The notes under the pieces were generated by a model. It searched no databases and had not been told where the DNA came from. It worked only from the letters and a program-made list of their open reading frames with translations. Shown here piece after piece: positions 23,372-32,677 of a stretch of 64,000 bases of DNA (positions are counted from its first letter, which is position 1; the number at the start of each line of letters is the position of its first letter). This DNA is from an uncultured Thermoplasmata archaeon (lineage in GTDB: Archaea; Thermoplasmatota; Thermoplasmata; Lutacidiplasmatales; UBA184): the NCBI GenBank assembly GCA_963708255.1, contig CAVPSE010000002.1, forward strand, positions 373,842 through 437,841. The letters run 5' to 3'. The translations under genes were made by a program, and so were the position numbers.

Positions 23372-26300
23372 ATGTTTGGAAGTTCAGCCGCCCCCCGTAC
23401 CGCACCCCCGCGCGCCGACCGGAGCTACCGCCGGAGCCTGGGGGCGTTCGTTATCGTGTTCGTGCTCGCCACCTCGGGGGTCCTCATCGCCGGATTCGGC
23501 AGCGCCTCGGCCGCCACGGTCGCTCCGGTCGGCCTCGCTTCCCCTCTGGCACCGTCCAACGCTCCGACCGGGATTCTCTCGGGCCCGGCCCTCCAGCAGG
23601 CCCCGCTCCATGTCCAGCCCGGCACCCCCCTCAACACCCTCTCGAACGTCACGGTGAACCATGTCGCCCCCCCAACCGACCCGTTCTCGTTCACCATCGG
23701 CTTCCAGATGCGCAACCAGCAGCAGCTGGAGCAGCTGGTCCAGGCCCAATCCTCCCCCGGCTCCCCCTTATTCCACCACTGGCTGACGCTCGATCAGGAG
23801 CGGGCCCAGTATGGTCCGGACCCGGTCGCCTACCAGGACTCGATCAACTACTTCACCTCCCTCGGATTCCAGGTCGAGACGAAGGGCCTCCTTTCGGTCT
23901 CCTTCACCGGGACCGTCGGCCAGACCGAGGGCGCGTTCCACACCACCCTCGACAATGTGAGCTACGGGAACGGCGCGAGTGGCGTGGTCAACGCCCAGCC
24001 CCTCTCTCTCCCCGCGCCGATCGCCCAGGGGACGGTCACGGTCAACGGCCTCAACCCGGCGGGGAACGCGAAGCCGACCTCCTACGTCGACCCCGCGGCG
24101 ATGCTCGACTTCGGGAAGCCGCAGCCGATGGCCAACGGGATCACGCCGCTCTCCCCCGTATCGATCCCCTTCGACGTAATCCAGGGGAACCTCTCGACCG
24201 TGTTCAACTTCAGTCAGGCCGGGTTCTTCTGGTTCGAGCACTTCTCCCTGAGCCAGAAGCGGACCGTCATCGACCAGATGATCACCCCCGGCTCCCTCGC
24301 CGTGATGTACAACGATAGCCAGCTCCTGAACCTGGGGTACAACGGCGACTCCACCGGCACTCCGATCACGATCGCGATCATCATGGCCGGCGGCATCAAC
24401 CCCGGCGATCTGCGGGACTACGCCTCCTTGGTGTGGAACAACCCGAACCAGATCATGAACCGACTGTCGACGGACCCGATCGACGGCTCGTTCACCACCA
24501 ACGGGACTCTGCCCTACACCGACGGGGCCTCTAGTGAGATGGCGCTCGACCTCGAGTTCTCCTCCACCCTGGCCCCGGCGGCCCACCTGCTGCCAACGTA
24601 CGGCCCGTGCCTCTGCACCAACGTCCTCGACGACGACTACGCGTCCCTCGAAAGCATGGCGAAGGCCCCGAACATTATCTCCAACTCCTGGGGCGGCTCC
24701 GAGGACACGTGGCCCGACCTATACGGCCCGTCGTACGACAACGCCCTCACCATGCACGACTACTTCGTCCTCCTCGACGCCCGGGGCTCCACCGTGATCG
24801 CCTCGAGCGGGGACGGCGGCGGGTTCGACACTGGCACGGGCATCCTTTCGGGCAGCTTCCCCGCGACGGACCCGTACGTCCTGTCGGTGAACGGCCTTCG
24901 GACGGTCGCCGCCGACGCCGCAGGGCAGTCGTTCGACACCACCACGGCCTACGGCCTGCTGAACGTCACCATCGGCGTCAACCCCCAGGCCCCGATCTCG
25001 AACCTGATCAACACCGCGGTCCACGCGGACCGCGCGGCGAGCATCGCGAGCCAATCCTACTGGTACGTCCCCTTCACGAACACGACGCTGACCAACGCGC
25101 CTCCCGAGGCATCGGGTGGGTTCGACACGAGCTACTGGTTCAACCAGAGCTGGTACGAGCACGGCTACAACATCCCTGACCTCGGACGGTCGCTGGGGAG
25201 CGGTGTCGCGGCGACGGCCGACTTCAACACGTCGATCTTCTTCGACGGAACCATGCAGTTCTTCTGGGGCGGAACGAGCTTCGCCTGCCCCGCCACCGCC
25301 GGCCTGTTGGCCGTGATCGAGGACTACCTCGTCGCCCACGGCAAGAGCGCCTACCTCGGCAACGGGAACGCGGTCGTCTACGATCTCTGGAACGCCTACA
25401 CGAACGGCAACCTAACCTACGACCCATTCTACCAGGTCACCAACGGGACCAGCTACTGGGGCAACTACGGGGTCGAGCACGGCTACGAGTTCCCCCCCGG
25501 TCAGAAGTTCCCGGTCAACGCCGAGAACACGACCACCTACGGGAACACCACTCCCGGCTGGAACCTCCCGACGGGGTTCGGCACGATCCTCGTTGACCGG
25601 TTCGCCATGGACATGCTGCAGCTCGAGAACATGCCCGGTACGTTCATGACCGTGAACGCTGCCGGGACGGCCTACGACGTGGGGGCCTGGGACTACATGT
25701 CCCTCAACCACACGTACTCGATCGACGTCAACACCACGAGCCTGATCGCCGCGAACAGCCCGACCGTAACGGTAGTCTTCCACCCGGAAACCGGCAGCCC
25801 GACGGCGATGCAGTTGCCGCTCACTCAGGTTCTGACCCCCGCCTCCGCAGAGAGGTTCAGCCTCAACACAGGGGTGTTCCCATTCACGAGCCCCGGGTTC
25901 GTCGTGTTCGAATTCGGGGACGCCTCCAACGCATCCCTCGGGTTCGCCTACGATTGGATCTCCTACCCGGTCCCGACGGGAACGCTCAACGTCACGGTGG
26001 TCCAGCCGACGGCTGGCACGGTCCTGAGCGGCTACCCCGAGTTCAACATTTGGCCCGGCGGGTTCTTCGCCCCGGTCTCGACCAACCCAAGCTGCTGCAC
26101 GAACGTCCCGAACACGTTCACCGTCCACGTGACGCTGAACGGGCAGGGCGTCTACGATGCCCAGGTGACGGCGACGGTCCCCAGCACCGCGGTCCTCGCG
26201 TGGCAGGGGTCCCGGGCGTACTCCGCGACCAACTCGTACGGGAACCCCCACGTAACGGCGACGACGACCCTCTCGTGGAGCTATACGAACGAGACCGGCT

Positions 26301-28341
26301 ACGCCGTGGTCTACACGTGGAACCTGGTCACGCCGACCGTCTACACGGTCGTGGCGTCGCTGGGCAGCTCTTTGGCGACGACCACCTACAACACGACCCC
26401 CGGCATCAACATCAAGACGACCGACGTCGGCGGCGGGCGGTACTCGGAGTTCAACACGATCTCCTACATCCTGACGAACCTGCGCCAGTCGAACAGCACG
26501 GCGAACCAGGCGATCTGGGCGCCGAACTCGCTCAACCAGTCCGGATACTACGACCTCCTGTACGGATGGCAGGGAGAGATCCTACCGGTCAGTACCAATT
26601 ACTACAATGGGTCGGTCGCCGGCGGCATCCACGTCTGGCTCGGATACTACGACTCCGGCGGGCAGAACAAGTTCTACACCTACGAGAGCTCTGGGGGCAT
26701 CGTCGGGGTCACCAACACCTCGGGGACGGCCAACAACACCGACCTCAACACGGGGACCGCCTCCATCTTCATCCCGGACAACCAGTCCGATTCGAACTGG
26801 TTCGTCATCCCAGGTGGGGCGAGCTTCGGTATCTCTGCGGTCGCTGCGTCGTACCCCGGCCAGTACAACCGGACGTTCGGCTACTCCGAGAGCTGCTTCA
26901 ACACCTACCCCAACCCCGTCCGGCCGGTCGCGGTCTGCCAGGTACAACGACTCCGAGCAGCGGAACTACACCGCCACTCCGATCATCGTGCTAGCGAACC
27001 CCGTCAACGTCACCACCCAGACCACGGCGGGGACGGCCCGGAGCTTCTTTGGGCTCGGCTCTCAGATCGCCCTCAACTTGAACGTCCAGCTCCCGGGAAA
27101 TGACCCATTCCTGAACGGGATCGGGACGAACTGGGACCCGTCCACGGAGCACGTCGTGACGGCGGAGGCCTATGTGGACAATGTCGCGGTAGCGAACCTG
27201 ACCCCGCCCCCGCAACCGTCGTGGCAGAACTTCACCATCCACGACAACCTCACCCAGTCGTTCGCTTCCGGGGTCCACACTCTCGAGGTGATCGTGCAGG
27301 ACTCCCTCGGCCACATCTTCACGCGAAGCCACACGTTCATCGTGGGGAGCATCGACCTCCTCGACCTGAACCTCTCGGACACCTACACGGTCCTCCCGTA
27401 CGACCTCAACTGGAGCTACTCCATCCCCTCGAACCTGATCGACAACCACACGTTCAGCCAGTCGATCGAGATCCAGTACCGAGGCGCCCGGCTGCGGGAC
27501 CAAGGCGGACCCGTGCCCGGTCGCGGTGAACCTGACGCTCCGCATCAAGGACGGGGTCGCGAACTACGGCCAGAACCTCAACCTGACGCTGCTCAACATG
27601 CAGCACTTCTACTCCGGTGCGGCCGAGCTGCCCCCCGGTCAGTATGCGGTGACCATCTGGCTCAATGCGAACCATTCGGGGAGCTTGGCGACGTCGGTCT
27701 CGACGTACTTCGTCTTCAACCCGCTCCAGGGCTCGATCAATGGGCCTTCGGAGAACGCGACCATCCCCGTGGGGAACGTGACGCTCTCGTACGCCTACTC
27801 GGGCGAGTACATCCAGAACGCAACCCTGTTCGTCTACCCCGTGGGCTCCACGTCCGCGGTCTTCTCGGCGGGCGCGTTCGTTCCGGGGATCGGCTCGAGC
27901 CTCCGGGGCGGCGCGGCGACGTGGACGGCCGTCACACCGGGAAGCTACGAGGTGGTCCTCGCGATCGGCGCCCCGTACGGGCATCTGAACGCCACCGCGA
28001 ACATCACCGTCGCGCTGACCACCGGGGCCACGTACATCAACCAGACCCACCCGAGCGGGGTCCTGGCCGGGGCGGCGGCGGCGACGACGGCCACGGTCCT
28101 GGCGATCATCGCGGCGATCATCGGCCTTCTACTGGGGTTGGTGGCAGCCCCCGCGCTCCGAGGTACCCCGAAGGGTTCCCAGCCCGTAGCGGCCGGCGCG
28201 GCGGCTCCCTGGCAGGAGGACCACGGCAAGCCCGGGACCACGTCCTCGGGCAAGCCCACGTGCCCGATCTGCCATGAGGCGTTCGAGACCGACTTCGCGC
28301 TCAAGCAGCACGAGAAGATCAGCCACGGGATCGAAGAGTAA
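23372..28341 (+). CDS. Giant secreted S53 (sedolisin-type) peptidase/glycoprotein with a C-terminal TM anchor and a cytoplasmic C2H2 zinc finger; two frame breaks
   Basis: Begins MFGSSAAP with an anchor (LGAFVIVFVLATSGVLIAGF), followed by a pro-kumamolisin-like domain (LFHHWLTLDQERAQYGPD ... SVSFTGTVGQTEGAFHT). S53 motifs are SSEMALDLEF, IASSGDGGG and WGGTSFACPATAGLLA. I counted more than 40 N-x-S/T sequons by eye. The TM is ATVLAIIAAIIGLLLGLVAAP and the tail is PWQ...KPTCPICHEAFETDFALKQHEKISHG. The gene is assembled from ORFs 22706..27103, 26607..28277 and 27526..28341, with breaks at 26941-26945 and 27476-27480. Confidence 0.85.
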
Positions 28342-28427
28342 CCAGTTCGTCCGGCCGGGCGGCCACGGCAGCCGCCCCGCGGATAAGCTCGCCCGACGGT
28401 GCGTCGTTCAACGGCTGTTCGCGAGAC

Positions 28428-28436
28428 ATTTAAGTA
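28428..28436 (+). promoter_or_regulatory. TATA box for the downstream glycoprotein gene
   Basis: ATTTAAGTA directly abuts the first ATG (28437). This favours the ATG at 28458 (MRRTSGMRSG...) as a leaderless start. Confidence 0.45.
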
Positions 28437-28457
28437 ATGCAAGTCGTGCCGGGGTCC

Positions 28458-29678
28458 ATGCGCCGAACTTCGGGTATGAGGTCCGGGACGATTGCGTTGG
28501 CCGCCGTGTTGGCTTTCACGGCCATGGCCGTGTTTGTCGGCATTGTCGGGATGGGGGGCTCCAGCGCCTCTCACCCAGTGGCCGCTCCCCTGAAGGCGCC
28601 GCACGCGGCTTTCCACGAGGCGCCGGCCGCCGGCAACGCTACGGCCTCGGTGGCCCTGACGAGCACGCCGCCCTTGTACATCCAGTTGCCGTACACCATC
28701 TCCTTCACCGTGACTGTCTCGAACGTGGTCTGGACCACGCTGAACGGTTCCCTGAACGTCCAGATCCGCGACGTGGCCAGCATCTGCCAGGGGGGCCTCG
28801 GTCTCAGTCTGCAGTGCCCGGCCGTCGTGAACATCAGCCTCAACAGCTCCCTCAAGAACGGCGTCAGTGACTACTCGACGACGATCACGACGACCAACCT
28901 CACCGCGCCCCAGTTCCGCGAGAGCTGCCCGGCGGGCGGTCCCCCGTGCACCTACGACAACGGGATCTTCCCGAACGACCAGTACCAGATCTTCGTCTTT
29001 GCATCCGCGAACAATTCGTTTTCGGCCGACACGGGCGTAGCGGAACAGACGGGCTACCTGATCACCTCGAACCCCACCGCCAGTCTCCTCGCGCCGACCG
29101 CGGGTAACTCGGTCTCGACCGGGAACGTGAGCGTCGCGATCAGCTATGGCGGCAGCTACGTGACGGGCGCGTCGATCGCCATCTACCCCGGCAGCACGAG
29201 CACGGGCTCCCCGGTCTATACCCAGAGCCTGTTCGCTCCGGGCGCGGGGACCCAGACGGTCGTGGCCGCCGCTCCCTGGGCGGTCGCGACCTCGGGCGCC
29301 TACCTCGCGGTGATCAACGTCACCACGCCGTACTCCACGACGTTCTTCAGCACCAGCCTCACCGTCGTGAGCGCCGGCGGCGGGATCGTCTACGTGAACA
29401 CCACGCAGTACCAGAACACCACCGGTGGCGGCGGCGGCAAGATCTTCGGTCTCACGACCCAGGTCGGAGGCACGGTCCTCCTCGTCGCGGGCCTGATCAT
29501 CGGTATGATCGTGGCGTTCATGCTCGGCATGATGATGTGGGGTGGCGCCCCCAAGTCCGGGAGCCCGGCCCAGCCGTGGCAGTCGAAGCCCACCAACGAG
29601 TGCAGCGTCTGCCACCAGACGTTCCCGACCGAGCAGGAGCTGAAGGACCACGCGAAGAGCGCCCACGGGATGTCCTAG
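28458..29678 (+). CDS. Membrane-anchored glycoprotein with a cytoplasmic C-terminal C2H2 zinc finger, paralogous to the stalk/TM/tail of the preceding S53 protein
   Basis: From ORF 28437..29678. The N-terminal anchor is IALAAVLAFTAMAVFVGIVG, the ectodomain is sequon-rich, and the TM is VLLVAGLIIGMIVAFMLGMMMW. The tail is PAQPWQSKPTNECSVCHQTFPTEQELKDHAKSAHG. The Ig-like segment GNVSVAISYGGSYVTGASIAIYPGSTS aligns with GNVTLSYAYSGEYIQNATLFVYPVGSTS in the upstream gene. Confidence 0.7.
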   Translation: MRRTSGMRSGTIALAAVLAFTAMAVFVGIVGMGGSSASHPVAAPLKAPHAAFHEAPAAGNATASVALTSTPPLYIQLPYTISFTVTVSNVVWTTLNGSLNVQIRDVASICQGGLGLSLQCPAVVNISLNSSLKNGVSDYSTTITTTNLTAPQFRESCPAGGPPCTYDNGIFPNDQYQIFVFASANNSFSADTGVAEQTGYLITSNPTASLLAPTAGNSVSTGNVSVAISYGGSYVTGASIAIYPGSTSTGSPVYTQSLFAPGAGTQTVVAAAPWAVATSGAYLAVINVTTPYSTTFFSTSLTVVSAGGGIVYVNTTQYQNTTGGGGGKIFGLTTQVGGTVLLVAGLIIGMIVAFMLGMMMWGGAPKSGSPAQPWQSKPTNECSVCHQTFPTEQELKDHAKSAHGMS

Positions 29679-29694
29679 GGCGATCGGCCGCTCC

Positions 29695-30999
29695 CTATCG
29701 AACCCCTTCCAATCCCAGCCGGGCGGTCAAACGCCCTGCTGGCCCAATTCGTTGTTTCGCCAGGTTCACTGGAACCGGAGGTGGTCGGTACTGGCGCCGC
29801 CATGCCAAAACCTCGCGGCCCACGCGTTCGTTCTGAAGCCCCGCCCGGACCAGCAGGTCCGATAGCCGCGGCATCTCCTCCGGCCGCAGGCCGAGCCGCG
29901 CGATCTCCGCGGTACCGAGCCGACCGATGAGGTCGGTCAGAAGCCGCTGCGACTCCCATCGTCGGGCCAGGGTGGCGGAGCCGACTCCATGACGCCGGCG
30001 GAGCTCCGGCACATCCATGATCGCCTGATGGGAACGGGTGAACCCGTCCGACTCGGCCAGGAACGGGAACCCCGCCGTCGAGAGGCTCTTGGCGAGCGCC
30101 TGGGCGTTGGCGATGGCCGTCCTGGCGTACTCCTCCCCGAACCGCTCGAGCTCCAGGAGGGTTTGGCCGAGGGCCGCGATCCGGTTCCAGTGGGCATTGT
30201 CGAAGATCCGCCAGACCAGCGCCGGCTCGAGCTGGGCGAACAGGTCCTCCCTATCGGTGACCAGGAGGCCGCCCTGGGGGCCCGGGAACGACTTGTGGGT
30301 GCTCCCGTAGACGACATCCGCCCCCTCCCGGATCGGGTCCTGGAACTGGCCCCCGGCGATGAGGCCGAGGACGTGCGAGGCGTCGTAGAGCACGAGGGCG
30401 TCCTGGGCGTGGGCCGCCTCGGCGATCTCCTTGAGAGGGTACGGGAACAGGAAGAAGCTCTGACCGAGGACGACGACGTGGGGCCGCTCCCGGCGGATCT
30501 CCTCCACGGCCTTCTCCGCGTCGACCCTGTAGCCGGGGCCGTCCGCCGGTAGCGGGCGGACCGTGTACCCGAACAGGGCGGGGAGGAAGCCGGGGGCGTA
30601 GCCGTCGTACCCTCCCTGGTCGGGCGCGATGGCGAGAATCTTGCCGCCCTTCGGCATCAGCGGGACGAGCGCGCTCATCGCGGCGATGTGCCCCGAAAGG
30701 GGACGGACGGTCGCGAACCGTCCGTGGAAGAGGCGGCGCGCGCTGGCGTCAGCGAGGGCCTCGATCTGGTCAGTGTACCGCGTGCCGGCGTAGGAGTTGT
30801 CGATGGACTCGCCGTGGAAGTCGGTGGTCAGCGGAAGCGTGTAGCGGCCCGCCAGGTCGCTCCCGAGATATCGTCGGGCGGTCGGGGAGAGCGCGTTCTC
30901 GCTCGGCAGGAGGTTGAACACCTCCCGCCCGCGCCACCGGTCGTGGGCCCGGACCAGCCGGGCGAGGCGGGTCTCCTCGTCAGTGGGCGCCGGCGGCAT
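29695..30999 (-). CDS. glyA: Serine hydroxymethyltransferase-family PLP enzyme
   Basis: Internal ATG of ORF 29695..31374. Contains FNLLPSENALSPTARRYLGSDLAGRY, VRPLSGHIAAM, YDASHVLGLIAGG and GSTHKSFPGPQGG (PLP lysine). It is divergent from canonical GlyA, so substrate specificity is not certain. Confidence 0.7.
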   Translation of the reverse strand: MPPAPTDEETRLARLVRAHDRWRGREVFNLLPSENALSPTARRYLGSDLAGRYTLPLTTDFHGESIDNSYAGTRYTDQIEALADASARRLFHGRFATVRPLSGHIAAMSALVPLMPKGGKILAIAPDQGGYDGYAPGFLPALFGYTVRPLPADGPGYRVDAEKAVEEIRRERPHVVVLGQSFFLFPYPLKEIAEAAHAQDALVLYDASHVLGLIAGGQFQDPIREGADVVYGSTHKSFPGPQGGLLVTDREDLFAQLEPALVWRIFDNAHWNRIAALGQTLLELERFGEEYARTAIANAQALAKSLSTAGFPFLAESDGFTRSHQAIMDVPELRRRHGVGSATLARRWESQRLLTDLIGRLGTAEIARLGLRPEEMPRLSDLLVRAGLQNERVGREVLAWRRQYRPPPVPVNLAKQRIGPAGRLTARLGLEGVR

Positions 31000-31570
31000 C
31001 GGACGCCGGAGGGGCGAGCCCCTCGAACCCCTGGGCGACCTTCCGGCGTTCTCGGTTCCCGCACCGGGGGCAGGACGGTTCCTTGCCGCCGAGCTGGAGC
31101 AGCCCGTGGCACGCGGTGCACCGGGCGGAAACGACCCCCAGCGTCGACGGTGCGGTGGTGAGCTTGATCGTCGGCTGGCTCTGGACGACCCGGGCGAGCA
31201 GGATGTCGCCGGACTGGAACTCGTCGGCCAGGCTCTCGGTGTAGCCGTCCTTCGCCTTGGAGATGTGGACGGTCCCCTCGGGGGCGCCGGGGACCGCGCG
31301 CCGGCCGGAGGCGAGGGAGAGGATGGTGCAGATCGCCATGGCGCTCTTGACCTCGTCCACGCGCGCGTAGACAACGTCGTCCTCGCCGATGTGCGGGATC
31401 GGGTGGATCGCCTCGACCCGGATCGCCTTGTCGCGGGGGTCGACGTGGCGGCGGCCCAGGAGGGCGGCGTAGATGCGGCCGTGGTCTTCGTACGTCCCCC
31501 GGCCCGGCACGAACTCCTCGGCGGTCCCGAGGAGGTCGCCGGGGAGGACGATCTCAGCGTTCGCGTTCAT
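30980..31570 (-). CDS. csl4: Exosome complex RNA-binding protein Csl4
   Basis: The N-terminal domain is VLPGDLLGTAEEFVPGRGTYEDHGRIYA. It has an S1-like core and a C-terminal zinc ribbon, CTACHGLLQLGGKEPSCPRCG. Confidence 0.85.
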   Translation of the reverse strand: MNANAEIVLPGDLLGTAEEFVPGRGTYEDHGRIYAALLGRRHVDPRDKAIRVEAIHPIPHIGEDDVVYARVDEVKSAMAICTILSLASGRRAVPGAPEGTVHISKAKDGYTESLADEFQSGDILLARVVQSQPTIKLTTAPSTLGVVSARCTACHGLLQLGGKEPSCPRCGNRERRKVAQGFEGLAPPASDAAGAH

Positions 31571-32177
31571 GGGGGGGTGCGGGCGCGAGGACCCAGAGGT
31601 CCACGGAGAGCTCCACCGAACGCTTCCGGTGGTGCGGAAACGTCCTCGGGAGCGACCAGGGGACCGGCTCGGTCGCCTCGATGCGCGCGTCGCGTGCGAC
31701 CGCGCGTTCTGCTATAAAGGTTCGGGAGGCGGCGAGCGAGAAGGCGTACACCCGTCGGCGGGCGAGGGTGAGCGCCGCCTCCCAGAACGGGCGGTCCGCG
31801 TGCCGGGTCTGGGCGCCGAACGGGGGGTTCATGACCACGGTCTCCGCCGGAACCGTGATCGACGCCACGTCCGCGAGCTCGAATCGGACGGTCACGCCGG
31901 CCCGCTCGGCGTTCCGGGTCGCCACCTCGAGCACCGCGGGGTCGCTGTCGACGCCCCGGACCTCTCGGGCCCCCAGGAGCGCCGCGCCGATGGCGAGAGT
32001 CCCCGGGCCGCACCCTAGGTCGAGGACCGACCGATCGACCAGGTCGTCCCGGCTGAGGGCCGCCCGGAGCAGGGCGGCCGCCGCCTCCGGGGGCGTGGCG
32101 ACCTGCTCCCGGTCGGCCCGGGGATCATGGAACGTATCGAGGCCGGCCAATGTGCGGAGGAGCTCGTGCGGCTTCAC
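31554..32177 (-). CDS. Predicted RNA (N6-adenine) methyltransferase, COG2263 / METTL5-like
   Basis: The SAM motif is VLDLGCGPGTLAIGAALLGA and the catalytic motif is VMNPPFG (NPPF). It occupies the conserved position next to csl4 in archaeal exosome-associated operons. Confidence 0.75.
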   Translation of the reverse strand: MKPHELLRTLAGLDTFHDPRADREQVATPPEAAAALLRAALSRDDLVDRSVLDLGCGPGTLAIGAALLGAREVRGVDSDPAVLEVATRNAERAGVTVRFELADVASITVPAETVVMNPPFGAQTRHADRPFWEAALTLARRRVYAFSLAASRTFIAERAVARDARIEATEPVPWSLPRTFPHHRKRSVELSVDLWVLAPAPPHERER

Positions 32178-32194
32178 GGTGCGGTGGGGGCCGA

Positions 32195-32308
32195 TGCGGG
32201 GAGCCGGATTTGAACCGGCGAACGCCTACGCGACAGGATATCCTCCGTCCCGGCGGTCCGCCGGGTCGGTTTAAGTCCTGCGCCGTTTCCGGGCTTGGCT
32301 ATCCCCGC
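32195..32308 (-). tRNA. tRNA-Leu (anticodon UAA) with a roughly 30-nt intron after position 37
   Basis: The reverse complement reads GCGGGGA-TA-GCC..GGC-G-CAGGA-CUUAAA[CCGACCCGGCGGACCGCCGGGACGGAGGAU]A-UCCUG-long variable arm-GCCGG-UUCAAAU-CCGGC-UCCCCGC-A. The 7-bp acceptor stem pairs perfectly, the T-loop is GTTCAAATC, the discriminator is A, and there is a class II variable arm. CCA is not encoded. Confidence 0.8.
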
Positions 32309-32312
32309 GCCG

Positions 32313-32609
32313 TCAGCGGGCGGGGGCCGCCGGCGCCTCTTCCTTCGCGGGGCGGCTCGGGGCGCGCTTGACGGAGACCCGCTTCGGGAAGTACTTCAGG
32401 AGCACGACGTCGTTGACCGCCGTCACCCACCGGTAGGGCACGTTGACCGGCTTGCTCTCCTCCACTAACAGCGGGCTGGATTCGGCGACGTAGAGACCGT
32501 CGATCTTGGCGCCGTCGACATCGACGACGACATTGTCGACCTCTCCCAGGAGGCGTCCATCGGGCGTGTAGATCTGCCGCTCCAGGAGTTCCGTCATCTC
32601 GACCAGCAT
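32313..32609 (-). CDS. PRC-barrel domain protein
   Basis: The 98-aa internal-start portion of ORF 32313..32927. The sequence is MLVEMTELLERQIYTPDGRLLGEVDNVVVDVDGAKIDGLYV ... VPYRWVTAVNDVVLLK, a typical small archaeal PRC-barrel layout. Confidence 0.65.
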   Translation of the reverse strand: MLVEMTELLERQIYTPDGRLLGEVDNVVVDVDGAKIDGLYVAESSPLLVEESKPVNVPYRWVTAVNDVVLLKYFPKRVSVKRAPSRPAKEEAPAAPAR

Positions 32610-32677
32610 GGGGTGCGCTTCCGTCGTCGGCAACGGGCCGACCCCCTCATATTCCTTTGGTCCGACTGGCGGGGTCG

